Source of the DNA: an uncultured Actinomycetes bacterium
GTDB taxonomy: Bacteria; Actinomycetota; Thermoleophilia; UBA2241
Direction of reading: 5' to 3'
NCBI GenBank assembly: GCA_963725665.1
Contig: CAVRZA010000004.1
Span: forward strand, 256,001 to 320,000
Length of the DNA: 64,000 nt
The position numbers were made by a program, and so were the translations under genes. Positions within the stretch are counted from its first letter, which is position 1, and each line of letters starts with the position of its first letter. The notes below the pieces were generated by a model. That model saw nothing but the letters and a program-made list of their open reading frames with translations. It did no database searches and had not been told where the DNA came from. Shown piece by piece: positions 54,630 to 64,000 of the stretch.

Positions 54630-56296
54630 GCCGTCTGCGCGCGGTCCTGCGCCGTCTCGATGCGTGGGCCGCAGTGGTGCTCGGCGTCCTCGTCACCCTC
54701 GGGGTGATCATCCTCGTCGCCACTCCGGGACCGTGGCACGTAGTCGTCAGGTCGGCGCCGCAGATCCGTCTCGCCGCCCCGCCGCCTTCCGACGTCGCCG
54801 TCTTCGTCAACGGCACATCGAGTCCCGGCGGCTGCACCGGCATCGTGTGGCTCCATCTGCGCTACGACTCACCTGCTCTCGCCTGCATGGTCGTGCCGGC
54901 CGAGTTGCAGGGCGGGCTTGCCGGAGCCGGCTACCAGTCGCTGGCGCGCATCGTGCGCGACGCCGGTCCCGCCGCTGGCGCGCAGGCTCTTGGTGAGGCT
55001 CTCGGGGTGAAGATGAAGTCGTGGGTGTATCTCGACCGGAGTGCCCTGCGGACCGCCTTCCCGGGTGTGTTCGAGGACGCGGGCACGCTGCCCATGCGAG
55101 CGCGCCTGCGCGCTATGGAGCGAGCCTGGAGCGGGAGAGGCGCCGCCCGGGGCCGCTTTGTTCTGCAGACCGGCTCCTTGCGCGGCGCCATCAACGGCTC
55201 GTCGTGGGTCGACCTCAACTTGGTGGCGTTCGTGAACTACGTCCTCGCGGCGCCCAGCGTCGATACCGACCTGCGCCTGCAGGGGGCGTCAGCCATCGCC
55301 ACGGTGCTCAAGACGGCGCCCCCCGATCAGATCCTGGTTGGCGCGGTGCCCGTGGTGGAGCTGCGCTGCGGCCGCTATCGACGCTGGATGCCGGCGAGGC
55401 TTCCTCTGCTCGCCCTGCGGCAGGCCTTCGCCTTCGATGCCAGCGTCCCGGTGTTGCGCCCCGTCGTCTCTCAAGAACGGCTTCCGTCGCGGGTGCTCGT
55501 CCTTGCCTCGCCGGCGCCGGCCGCTTTGCTACGTGCCTACGGGGAGGGGCTGGAGCGTGCCCTGCGGGACTCGGCCGGTCGCAGAGTAGCCGTGGACGTG
55601 GTTCCCGTGGCCACGGCCGTCGCCGCACTCCCCGTCGTCGAAGGGCTGGCAGAGCGCCCGCCGCTCGCCGTTGTCGTGGCCATCGGGCGCCAGCGGCCGG
55701 CTGCGCCCGAGGGCATCGAGCAGGGCTTGCGCATCTTGCTCGATGCCCTCACGGCGGCCGGCCAGCCGGCCCTCGTCTCGGAGGTGCCCGTGGGCGATGA
55801 CGGTGTCTGGGCAGGGGTGAACAAGGCGATCGACGCCGCAGCGGCGGCGAGCGGCACGCCGCTCTCGCCGGTGGCGCCGCTGCTGCAGGGGACCGGCGAG
55901 AGCGGCGTGCCGCTCGCCGCCCCCGTCTACTCGCGCTGGGCGGCACTGAACGCTCAGGCGCTGGTCAGGGCGGTGCAGCCCGTGTATTTCGCCCCGCGCC
56001 TGCTCTCCACGCGCAGCGGTTTCGACTATTACCAGCGCACCAAGACCAGCGTCGCCGTTGCCGGCCCGGATCCCGCCCGGGTGGTCCGGCAGGCCTCCTC
56101 GGTCGCCAACCTCGGTTTCGCCGTCGCCGAGGGCCAGTCCAAGGAGATGCCGGACGCAGGCTACCGGACCCTCTACTACCAGCCGACCGCGTTGCGTCCG
56201 GCGCTCATCCTCGCCGATGAGCTACACGTGCCTGAGGTCGCCGTCACGGCGTCGCCGCCGCCCCCGTCGAGCGACCTCGCTTTGATCCTGCCGTAA
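54626..56296 (+). CDS. Membrane protein with degenerate LCP-like, SGNH-like and LytR_C-like regions
   Basis: N-terminal TM; GTGA coupling to the LCP gene; domain resemblance judged by eye. Confidence 0.6.
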   Translation: MSRLRAVLRRLDAWAAVVLGVLVTLGVIILVATPGPWHVVVRSAPQIRLAAPPPSDVAVFVNGTSSPGGCTGIVWLHLRYDSPALACMVVPAELQGGLAGAGYQSLARIVRDAGPAAGAQALGEALGVKMKSWVYLDRSALRTAFPGVFEDAGTLPMRARLRAMERAWSGRGAARGRFVLQTGSLRGAINGSSWVDLNLVAFVNYVLAAPSVDTDLRLQGASAIATVLKTAPPDQILVGAVPVVELRCGRYRRWMPARLPLLALRQAFAFDASVPVLRPVVSQERLPSRVLVLASPAPAALLRAYGEGLERALRDSAGRRVAVDVVPVATAVAALPVVEGLAERPPLAVVVAIGRQRPAAPEGIEQGLRILLDALTAAGQPALVSEVPVGDDGVWAGVNKAIDAAAAASGTPLSPVAPLLQGTGESGVPLAAPVYSRWAALNAQALVRAVQPVYFAPRLLSTRSGFDYYQRTKTSVAVAGPDPARVVRQASSVANLGFAVAEGQSKEMPDAGYRTLYYQPTALRPALILADELHVPEVAVTASPPPPSSDLALILP

Positions 56297-56340
56297 GGGC
56301 GGTGCCTGAGCGGAGGACTCGCCGTCCAGACTGGAGAAAG

Positions 56341-56368
56341 GCGAAACGCCCCTGCAGGGGCGTTTCGC
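56341..56368. terminator. Hairpin between convergent genes
   Basis: GCGAAACGCCCCTGCAGGGGCGTTTCGC perfect palindrome. Confidence 0.75.
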
Positions 56369-56395
56369 AGTGACGTACGCTTCTTGCGCCGGCGA

Positions 56396-56764
56396 TCAGC
56401 CGCGACGACGTCGCAGGAGTGTGCCGCTCCCGATCAATCCGGCGCCGGCCGCGAACATCATGAGCAGCTCGCCGCCGGTGAACTTCAGCTCGCCGGCGTT
56501 GGCGGCGCCGGGGGACTGTAGGCTGGCCAGATAATCCTCGAGCACGCCCTGGACGTTGCTGTACTGCAAGACGTCCGGGTTGGCCCTGGCGTAGTTGAGG
56601 GCGGCCTGGATGTCGGCCGCGCTGTAGGTGCCGTCGATTGTCCCGTCAGTCGCGTCGTTGATGATCTCGTCGATGGTGGCTTGCGAGGTCGCGAACGCGA
56701 CGGACGCGAAGACGAGCGTCAGGACGAGCGCAAGAACAATCGCTATTCCGATCCCGGCCTTCAT
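56396..56764 (-). CDS. Small secreted protein with sortase-like LKFTG sorting signal
   Basis: Signal peptide (..SVAFA), LKFTG + TM + RRRRG tail; AAGGGGG SD. Confidence 0.8.
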   Translation of the reverse strand: MKAGIGIAIVLALVLTLVFASVAFATSQATIDEIINDATDGTIDGTYSAADIQAALNYARANPDVLQYSNVQGVLEDYLASLQSPGAANAGELKFTGGELLMMFAAGAGLIGSGTLLRRRRG

Positions 56765-56953
56765 GCGTGCACCCCCCTTCGCTTCGAGGGCCCGATCTTA
56801 CTCTCTTATACCATACGTTCGTCGCTTGTCCACGGTGTCGTCCGTCGAGGACACGGCTTTCGGGCGCCTCATCGCAGCGGCGCGGCCGGTGCCAGCCGGC
56901 ACCTGCCCGAGAACCAGGCGAGGGTGCTTGGGAGGCTGGCTATAATGGGCGCC

Positions 56954-58945
56954 ATGTCCGCCTCGCGTCTTCTTGCCGTGCTCCCGCAGACGGTGCTCCT
57001 CGCGGCCGCGGCGGCGCTGGCCTTTCTCTCGGGGGGGTATGTCTTCTCGCGCACGGCTCCCGTCGCGCTCGTCCTCGCCCTGGCCGCGCTCGTGTGGCTG
57101 TGGGCTGCACGTCACCGAGAGCGCCTGCCGGCACCCTATGTTGTTGCCCTGGCGGCCTTCGCCGCGTTCACCGTGTGGACCGGCCTGTCGGTGCTTTGGT
57201 CGGTGGGTCCCGACCTCTCGTGGCCGGTCTTCGACGTGACTGTCCTGTACGTCGGCGTCGCCTGGATCGCGGCGCTCGTGCGTGTCGACCGACTTCAACT
57301 CCGCGTCGTCGGTTACGGCTACGTCGGCGTGGCGGTGGCGGTCGCGGCGTACGCCTTCCTCGCCAAGGTCCTGCCCGACGTCGTGACGCATGCTCACACG
57401 TACGCGCGACTCAGCGATCCCGTCGGCTACTGGAACGTGCTCGCCATCACGATGGTCTTCGGCGCCGTCCTCGCTCTCGAAGCTGCGGCTCGGCCCGGCC
57501 TGCCCCCGCCGCTTCGCAGCGCCGCGGCGGCTGGGCTTCTGCTTATGGTCTTCACCCTCTTCTTCACGTTCTCCCGCGGCGGAGTCGTCGCCTTCGTCCT
57601 CGCCCTCTTCGTCTTCTTCCTACTGTCGAACCGCAGGTTGAGCGCCGCGTTCACTCTGGTTCTCGTCCTCGCCTTCACCGGGGCGGTGCTCTGGCATGCG
57701 CGGCACCTCTCGACCCTCTTCAGCGCGACAACCGATGACGCGCTGCGCACGGCCCAGGGTCACGCGCTCGGGCGCTGGTTCCTCGTTGCGCTGGGGGGTG
57801 TCGTCGCCGTACAGGCGCTGGCGGCACTCGTCCAGCGGCGACTGCGCCTGCGATCACGCGTGCGGCTCGCGGTCGGGTCGGCCATCGTCGTCGTGCTCAT
57901 CGCCGGTGCGGTCGGCGCGGGCGCCTGGTACTTGCCCCGACACGGCGGCCTGGGGCCTTGGGTGAGGACGCACTACGAGGCTCTCATCAACGACACGGGG
58001 GCGCAGGGCGAGGGCGCGGGCCGACTGCTCGCCTTCGGCACCAACGGGCGCCTGGAGCTCTACCGCGAGGCGCTGCGTGGGGCACGTGGTCACGAATTGC
58101 TCGGCAGGGGGGCGGGGACGTTCCGCTTCACGCACTACGAGCAGCGGAGCGGCGGCGTCGTGAAGCACGCCCACAGCGAGTGGTTCAACATCTACAGCGA
58201 GCTCGGCGTGGTCGGGCTGGCGCTGTTCGCTGTTGCCGTCGCTGGCCTGATCGTGGCCGCCTTTGCGCGCCTGCTCAAAGACAGGTCAGACCCGGACCGG
58301 GCGTTGCTCGCCGCGCTCCAGGCGGGCATCGTGGCGTTCGTCTTCCACATCTCCGTGGATTGGGACTGGGGGATGGCGTCGGCGACGCTCGCTTTCCTGC
58401 TGTTCACGGCGACCGCCGTCGGGTATCTGAGGACTCGCGCCACGGCGACTGAGGCGGTCACCGCCGGCGCGTCCGCCGAGGGAGGCGAGGGCGCAGGCCG
58501 CCACGCGACGGCGCGGCGGCTGCCGGTGGCGGCCTGCGCCCTCGCCTCCGGCCTGATCGCGCTCGGCGTGGTGAGCTGGACGCTGCCGTATCTCTCTCAG
58601 AGCGCCTACAACGCGGCCGTCAACGCGGCGGGCCAGGACCGCATCGCGACGGCCGTCTCGTCCGCGGAGCGAGCCCGCAGGCTCGACCCCTTGGCCGTCG
58701 ATCCTCTGATCGTGCTGGCCCAGCTGGAACAGCAGCAAGGAAAGGGGCGAGAGGCGAGAGCGACGCTGGAGCGGGCGCTAAGGCTCCAGCCGCGCAACTA
58801 CGAGGTCTACTACCAGCTCGGACTGCTCGAGCTGAACACCTTCGGCAACAAAGCCGATGCGGCCGCGTGGTTCCGCAAAGCGCTCGTGCTCAATCCCAAG
58901 GATGCGGCAACGCAGTACCAGTTGAGCGTGGCCGAGGGGGGCTGA
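56954..58945 (+). CDS. O-antigen ligase (Wzy_C)-family membrane protein with C-terminal TPR
   Basis: GYWN, TFSRGG, NGR..LY, G.G.GTF, HAHSEW..ELG and DWDW motifs; TPR tail; TATAAT 7 nt before the ATG. Confidence 0.88.
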   Translation: MSASRLLAVLPQTVLLAAAAALAFLSGGYVFSRTAPVALVLALAALVWLWAARHRERLPAPYVVALAAFAAFTVWTGLSVLWSVGPDLSWPVFDVTVLYVGVAWIAALVRVDRLQLRVVGYGYVGVAVAVAAYAFLAKVLPDVVTHAHTYARLSDPVGYWNVLAITMVFGAVLALEAAARPGLPPPLRSAAAAGLLLMVFTLFFTFSRGGVVAFVLALFVFFLLSNRRLSAAFTLVLVLAFTGAVLWHARHLSTLFSATTDDALRTAQGHALGRWFLVALGGVVAVQALAALVQRRLRLRSRVRLAVGSAIVVVLIAGAVGAGAWYLPRHGGLGPWVRTHYEALINDTGAQGEGAGRLLAFGTNGRLELYREALRGARGHELLGRGAGTFRFTHYEQRSGGVVKHAHSEWFNIYSELGVVGLALFAVAVAGLIVAAFARLLKDRSDPDRALLAALQAGIVAFVFHISVDWDWGMASATLAFLLFTATAVGYLRTRATATEAVTAGASAEGGEGAGRHATARRLPVAACALASGLIALGVVSWTLPYLSQSAYNAAVNAAGQDRIATAVSSAERARRLDPLAVDPLIVLAQLEQQQGKGREARATLERALRLQPRNYEVYYQLGLLELNTFGNKADAAAWFRKALVLNPKDAATQYQLSVAEGG

Positions 58946-59157
58946 GAGGGGCGAGAGTCCCCACCGAAGCTGATGACGCCCGGTCGACGAAAGGCCCGGC
59001 CGGCCGGTGACGGCCGCTCGGCGAAGACCCCGTCGCGGGCCCGAAGCGTCCCCCATGGTAGACTACGCCCACCGCCGCCTCCGAGACGCGCGATGCCGGT
59101 CGCGTCCCACAGGTGGCGGAACGCGTTGCGATTGTCCAGCAGGGAGGCCGTGCCGGC

Positions 59158-60483
59158 GTGAGCGAAGCAGAACAGCCCATCGGCGTCGTCGGAGTGGGCT
59201 ACGTGGGCCTCGTCACCGGCGTCTGTCTGGCGCATCTGGGCCATCGCGTCGCCTGTCTCGACGTCGACGAGGCGAGGATCGCGGCGCTCCGCGGGGGGAC
59301 CGTGCCCATCTTCGAGCCCGGTCTCGAAAAACTCGTCGACGACAACGCCGCGCGTCTCTCCTTCACCACCTCCTACGACCAGCTCCTGGCGCAGTGCCGC
59401 ATCCTCTTCGTGGCCGTGGACACGCCGCCGACGGCGTCGGGCGACGCCGACCTGTCGCGTGTGCGCCGTGTGGTCGACGAGGTGGCGAGTCGCGGCGGCC
59501 GTCATCTCCTCGTCATGAAGAGCACCGTGCCGGTGGGGACCGGCGGGCACATCATGGCCGACCTCGACAGTGAGGGCGTCGACGGCATCGCCTACGTCTC
59601 GAACCCTGAGTTCCTGCGCGAGGGCGCCGCGATCCAGGATTTCCTTGCCCCCGACCGCATCGTCATCGGCTCGTTCACCGACGAGGCCGGCGACGAGGTG
59701 GAGGCCCTCTATCGGGGTATCGATGCCACCGTCGTGCGCACGAGCGTGCCGACCGCGGAGATGATCAAGTACGCCTCCAACGCCTTTCTGGCCACCAAGA
59801 TCTCCTTCGTGAACGAGATCGCCAACGTCTGCGAGGAGGTCGGCGCCGACGTGCGCACGGTCGCCGAGGGTATGGGTCTCGACCATCGCATCGGGCCTCA
59901 CTTCCTGCAGGCCGGCATCGGCTTCGGCGGCTCGTGCTTCCCCAAGGACGTGCAGGCGCTCAAGCAACTCGCCGGCAACTCGGGCTATCATTTTCAGCTG
60001 CTGACCGCCGTCATCGAGGTGAACCATCTGCAGAAGAGACGCGTGATCGGGAAGCTCAAGCACCATCTCGGCAGCCTGCGCGGCGCGCGTATCGCCCTGC
60101 TCGGTCTCACCTTCAAGCCCCACACCGACGACCTCCGCGAGGCGGCCTCCATCGTCCTCGCGGCGAGGCTGCGCGGCGAGGGCGCGACGGTTGCCGCCTA
60201 CGACCCCATGCTAGCCCCGGGCGGTCACGAGCAGTTCCCCGGGGTGACCTTGTGCGCGGAGCCGCTGGAGGCCGTGCGCGATGCCGACGCGCTCGTCGTC
60301 GTCACGGAGTGGCCTGAGTTCCTGCGCCTCGACTGGACCGCCCTCAAGGAAACCATGCGCAGGCCGGTCGTCATCGACGGGCGCAACGTGCTCGACCCTG
60401 ACGCTCTCCGTGAGGCGGGCTTCACCTACGAAGGGGTGGGTGTCGCGGGCCTTCCCGAAGCGGTGCGTTCGAGGTCGTCCTAG
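59158..60483 (+). CDS. ugd: UDP-glucose/GDP-mannose 6-dehydrogenase
   Basis: G.GYVG, KSTVPVGT, NPEFLREG, GFGGSCFPKD and FKP.TDD.RE motifs. Confidence 0.93.
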   Translation: MSEAEQPIGVVGVGYVGLVTGVCLAHLGHRVACLDVDEARIAALRGGTVPIFEPGLEKLVDDNAARLSFTTSYDQLLAQCRILFVAVDTPPTASGDADLSRVRRVVDEVASRGGRHLLVMKSTVPVGTGGHIMADLDSEGVDGIAYVSNPEFLREGAAIQDFLAPDRIVIGSFTDEAGDEVEALYRGIDATVVRTSVPTAEMIKYASNAFLATKISFVNEIANVCEEVGADVRTVAEGMGLDHRIGPHFLQAGIGFGGSCFPKDVQALKQLAGNSGYHFQLLTAVIEVNHLQKRRVIGKLKHHLGSLRGARIALLGLTFKPHTDDLREAASIVLAARLRGEGATVAAYDPMLAPGGHEQFPGVTLCAEPLEAVRDADALVVVTEWPEFLRLDWTALKETMRRPVVIDGRNVLDPDALREAGFTYEGVGVAGLPEAVRSRSS

Positions 60484-60503
60484 CGCCGCGTGGGAGCGCT
60501 GTC

Positions 60504-61658
60504 GTGACCAGGTGTGCCTGCCCCCAAGCGGTGGTGCTCGTCGGCGGCGAGGGGACGCGGTTGCGACCCATCACCTCGCGCGTGCCCAAGCCCGTCGCGC
60601 CGTTGCTCGAGCGCCCTATGCTCGTCTACCTCCTGGAACACTTGGCGCGGTACGGCGTGGAGCGGGTGGTCTTCTCGACCGGCTTCCTGGCCGAGGCCAT
60701 CCAGGCGGCGATAGGCGATGGGTCAGCGTTCGGCCTCGATGTGCGCTATGTCGTCGAGGACCGACCCCTCGGTACCGCAGGCGCCATCAAGAACGCCCAG
60801 AGCGAGCTCGACGACGCCTGCTTCTTCGCCTTCAACGGTGACGTGCTCAGCGAGGTCGATCTGACGGCGCTGATCGAGTTCCACCGAGAACGGAGTGCTC
60901 TGGGGACCATCTTCTTGACGCCCGTGGACGATCCGCGCCGGTACGGCATGGTCGAGCTCGGGGACGACGGACTCATCCTCGAGTTCCTCGAGAAGCCGAG
61001 CAGCGACGTCGAGGGGGGCGCGCTCATCAACGCCGGCATCTACGTGCTGGAGCCCGAGGTGTTGGAGCTCGTCCCGCCGAGCAGGACGTACTCGATAGAG
61101 CGCGGGGTCTTCCCCGGACTTGCCTCGCTCGGCAAGCTGTTCGGGTACGCCGGCGGCGGCTACTGGCGCGACATCGGCACTCCCGACAGCTATCTCGAGG
61201 CGCATTTCGACATCCTCCAGCGCACGTTCGAGACCCCGCTCTCGGGACAGCTTGGAGAGTCGTACGTCCTTGTGTCGCCGGACGCGACGGTGGAGCCTGG
61301 CGCCCGGGTCGTTCCACCCGCCTACATCGGTCCCGGTGCGCGCGTGGCGAGCGGGGCGCGGGTAGGGCCGCTGGCCGTGATCGGCGCCGGCAGCGTGGTC
61401 GGGGAGAAGGCCATGGTCGTCGAGTCGGTGCTTCAGGAGGGAGTGCGCGTTGGAGCCGGCGCCAGCATCGAGCGCACGATCATCGTGCGCGAGGCCTCGA
61501 TCGGGGCCGGCTCGCAGGTGAGCCACGCCGTGATCGGTGAGCGTTGTCGTGTCGGAGCAGAGAACCAGCTCGCCAACGGCTTGTGCTTGTACCCTGAAGT
61601 GGTACTACCGGATGGGAGCATGAAGTTCAGAGAGGTGGAGGGAAGAGAATCGGGATGA
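60504..61658 (+). CDS. Mannose-1-phosphate guanylyltransferase-like NDP-sugar synthase
   Basis: GGEGTRLRP..PKP, NGD, EKP and YWRDIGT motifs; left-handed beta-helix tail. Confidence 0.9.
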   Translation: MTRCACPQAVVLVGGEGTRLRPITSRVPKPVAPLLERPMLVYLLEHLARYGVERVVFSTGFLAEAIQAAIGDGSAFGLDVRYVVEDRPLGTAGAIKNAQSELDDACFFAFNGDVLSEVDLTALIEFHRERSALGTIFLTPVDDPRRYGMVELGDDGLILEFLEKPSSDVEGGALINAGIYVLEPEVLELVPPSRTYSIERGVFPGLASLGKLFGYAGGGYWRDIGTPDSYLEAHFDILQRTFETPLSGQLGESYVLVSPDATVEPGARVVPPAYIGPGARVASGARVGPLAVIGAGSVVGEKAMVVESVLQEGVRVGAGASIERTIIVREASIGAGSQVSHAVIGERCRVGAENQLANGLCLYPEVVLPDGSMKFREVEGRESG

Positions 61659-63004
61659 CGGTCGCCGAAGGCATCTTCAAGGCCTACGACGTCCGTGGCC
61701 TCTACCCCGAAGAGATCGACGCCGACGTCGCGCGATGCATCGGCTACTCGCTCACGCAGCAGCTTGGGGCGACAAGCATGGGCGCCGGCAGGGACCCGCG
61801 CCTGTCGGGGCCGGAGCTCCAGGGGGCGTTCACCGAGGGCGCGATCGCTGCCGGTGCCAACGTCGTCGACTTCGGCACGATCGCCACCGAGATGCTCTAC
61901 TACGGCGTGGCCTCACGCGGCCTCGGCGGGGGCGCGGAGATCACCGCCTCGCACAACCCCAAGTCCTACAACGGGATGAAGCTCGTCGGCGAGGGCGCCC
62001 TGCCGCTCTCAGGTGAGCAGGGCATGCCCGAGCTGAAGCGCCGCGTGCTCGAGCTTGACCGGGTGCCGGCCGCCTCCCTCGACGGCAGGGTGCGCGAGGA
62101 GGATCTCTATCCCGACTACACCGACCACCTCCTGTCGTTCGTCGAGCCCGCGGAGCTCGCCCCACTGCGAGTCGTCATGGACGCCGCCAACGGTATGGCC
62201 GGTAAGCTGGCGCCACTGGTCTTCGATCGCACCCCCGTGCGCCGCGTCGAGATGTACTTCGAAGTGGACGGGGACTTCCCCAACCACGAGCCCAATCCAC
62301 TGCTCGAGGAGAACAGCCGCGAGATACGCCGGCGCGTCGTTTCCGAGAACGCCGATCTCGGCATCGCCTGGGACGGCGACGCCGACCGCTGCTTCTTCAT
62401 CGACGAGGGCGGCGAGTTCGTGCCCGGCGACTTCGTCACCACGCTGCTGGCCGAGGCGCTCCTGCGGCGCCATCCCGGCGCGCACATCCTCTACGATTTG
62501 CGCGCCAGCCGCGCGGTGCCCGACACCATCCGCGCCAACGGCGGCGTGCCGCTCGTGAACCGCGTCGGGCACGCCTTCTTCAAGCAGCGCATGCGCCGCG
62601 AGCCGGTGCTCTTCGGCGGCGAGGTCTCCGGCCACTACTACTTCAGAGACAACTACAACGCCGATTCGGGCTTCGTTCCGGCGCTGCTCATCCTCGAGCT
62701 CCTGTCGCGCAAGGGAACGACGATGAGCGAGCTGCTCGAGCCCTTGCGCGCGCGCTACTTCATCTCGGGCGAGATCAACTCAAAGGTGGCCGACGTGGGC
62801 GCCGCGCTGGCGCGTCTCGGGCAGCGCTTCGGTGACGGCGAGGTCGCCCACCTCGACGGCATCTCCGTCGACTATCCGACGTGGCACTTCAACGTGCGGC
62901 CCTCCAACACCGAACCGCTGGTGCGCCTCAACCTCGGGGCGGACAGCCAGGCTGAGATGGAGGAGAAGCGCGACCTCGTGCTGACGACGATCAGGGAGTC
63001 CTGA
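61655..63004 (+). CDS. Phosphomannomutase/phosphoglucomutase
   Basis: FKAYDVRG, TASHNP, DGDADR, GGEVSGH and RPSNTEP motifs. Confidence 0.94.
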   Translation: MTVAEGIFKAYDVRGLYPEEIDADVARCIGYSLTQQLGATSMGAGRDPRLSGPELQGAFTEGAIAAGANVVDFGTIATEMLYYGVASRGLGGGAEITASHNPKSYNGMKLVGEGALPLSGEQGMPELKRRVLELDRVPAASLDGRVREEDLYPDYTDHLLSFVEPAELAPLRVVMDAANGMAGKLAPLVFDRTPVRRVEMYFEVDGDFPNHEPNPLLEENSREIRRRVVSENADLGIAWDGDADRCFFIDEGGEFVPGDFVTTLLAEALLRRHPGAHILYDLRASRAVPDTIRANGGVPLVNRVGHAFFKQRMRREPVLFGGEVSGHYYFRDNYNADSGFVPALLILELLSRKGTTMSELLEPLRARYFISGEINSKVADVGAALARLGQRFGDGEVAHLDGISVDYPTWHFNVRPSNTEPLVRLNLGADSQAEMEEKRDLVLTTIRES

Positions 63005-64000
63005 TGTCGACGGGGTGGGACGGGACTCCCCCGCGGCCTGAGGCAGAGCTCGACCTCGTCCTCGTCGCACGACTGGACCCGAGCGGCCAGTTCGCCGCGG
63101 CCGCCGACCTGGGAGGGCAGCTCGAGAGAGGCTGGGCCCTGGCCGCCCAGGCTCTCGATGGAGTCTCCGTCCTGGGAACAAGAACGGGGGCGATCGACGG
63201 CGTCATCGTCTGCGGCATGGGCGGCTCGGCCATCGGCGGCGACGTCGTACGGGCCTCCATCGTGGACCGCATGACGGTGCCGTTTGAGGTAGTGCGCGGC
63301 TACGAGCTTCCGGCGTGGGCCTCGCCGTACACGCTCGTCGTCTGCGTGAGCCACTCGGGGAACACCGAGGAGACGCTCTCTTGCGTGAGAGGGGCGCTCG
63401 CGCGCGAGAGCCGTCTGGTGGCCGTCGCCTCGGGCGGAGAGCTCGCCGTAGTCGCGCGCGAGCGCCCTGTTCCCCTCGTCCCCGTCCCGGGCGGCGGGCT
63501 GCAGCCCCGCGCCGCGCTGGGCTACCTGGTCGCGGCGCTCGCCGCCCTCCTCGAGCGCGCTGGCCTGGTCGACGGGTTCGGCGGACAGGTGGCGGAGGCG
63601 TCGGAGCTCACACGTCGCCTTGCCGCCGAGCTCGCTCCCGAGGTGCCCGAGCCCGACAACGTCGCCAAGCGGCTCGCGCGGCGCCTGTACGGGCGCGTAG
63701 CGCTGATCTACGGCGCCGCGCTCGCCGCCCCGGCGGCGCGGCGCTGGAAGGCGCAGATCAACGAGAACGCCAACGCCGCCGCCTTCTACGCCGAGCTACC
63801 CGAGCTCAACCATAACGAGTTCTCGGGCTGGACGGCCGACCGGGCCATCTCGAGCAGTCTGCACGTCATACTTCTCGAGGATCGTCTCGCCGCCGCGCCA
63901 CTGCGCCGTCGCACGGCGCTCACACACGAGCTCATGTCCGCGTACGCAGCCGGCGTCGACGTTGTCCAGAGCAGGGGCGAGTCCCCGCTGGCGCGCCTTC
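63004..64000 (+). CDS. Bifunctional phosphoglucose/phosphomannose isomerase, 3'-partial
   Basis: Translated by hand: CGMGGSAIGGD, SHSGNTEET, QPRAA, RWKAQINENA and PELNHNE; runs off the window. Confidence 0.9.
   Translation, partial: MSTGWDGTPPRPEAELDLVLVARLDPSGQFAAAADLGGQLERGWALAAQALDGVSVLGTRTGAIDGVIVCGMGGSAIGGDVVRASIVDRMTVPFEVVRGYELPAWASPYTLVVCVSHSGNTEETLSCVRGALARESRLVAVASGGELAVVARERPVPLVPVPGGGLQPRAALGYLVAALAALLERAGLVDGFGGQVAEASELTRRLAAELAPEVPEPDNVAKRLARRLYGRVALIYGAALAAPAARRWKAQINENANAAAFYAELPELNHNEFSGWTADRAISSSLHVILLEDRLAAAPLRRRTALTHELMSAYAAGVDVVQSRGESPLARL

Noticed and set aside
58970-58992. Hammerhead ribozyme core (CTGATGA...GAAA)
   Set aside because: Stem II cannot close (C opposite C) and no stems I/III were found

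Overview
Very GC-rich bacterial chromosomal segment. Gene style and synteny suggest an Actinomycetota/Thermoleophilia-like organism with anaerobic metabolism (inference). In order, it carries: a dac peptidase, an M29 aminopeptidase and ltaE; a 4-hydroxybutyrate module (abfD, a small 4-Cys protein, CoA-transferase, Fe-ADH) divergent from gdhA and an atypical PII; trxA/DUF302; ilvDBN; a small accessory patch (IS256 remnant, GNAT, DUF3465, TipA-like MerR, serine hydrolase); an aminotransferase-serA pair; a leader-peptide-preceded leuACDB-ilvE-cimA operon; dnaE; a his cluster; tsaC, rpiB, dCMP deaminase, tagO-like; the F1Fo atp operon and murA; and a cell-surface glycosylation locus (LCP, degenerate LCP, LxxTG protein, O-antigen-ligase/TPR, ugd, GDP-mannose genes). 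The most notable observations are: (1) hisH and hisF are both reduced to internally deleted stubs while hisD, hisB and hisA are intact; (2) the PII beside gdhA has a rewritten T-loop; (3) an uncharacterised Cys protein sits inside the abfD operon; (4) a candidate surface-protein glycosylation system; (5) a Leu/Val leader peptide. Five +1 frameshifts cluster at 10.5-15.6 kb and are probably assembly errors. No CRISPR array, tRNA or rRNA was seen. All calls come from reading the sequence by eye; no searches were run.
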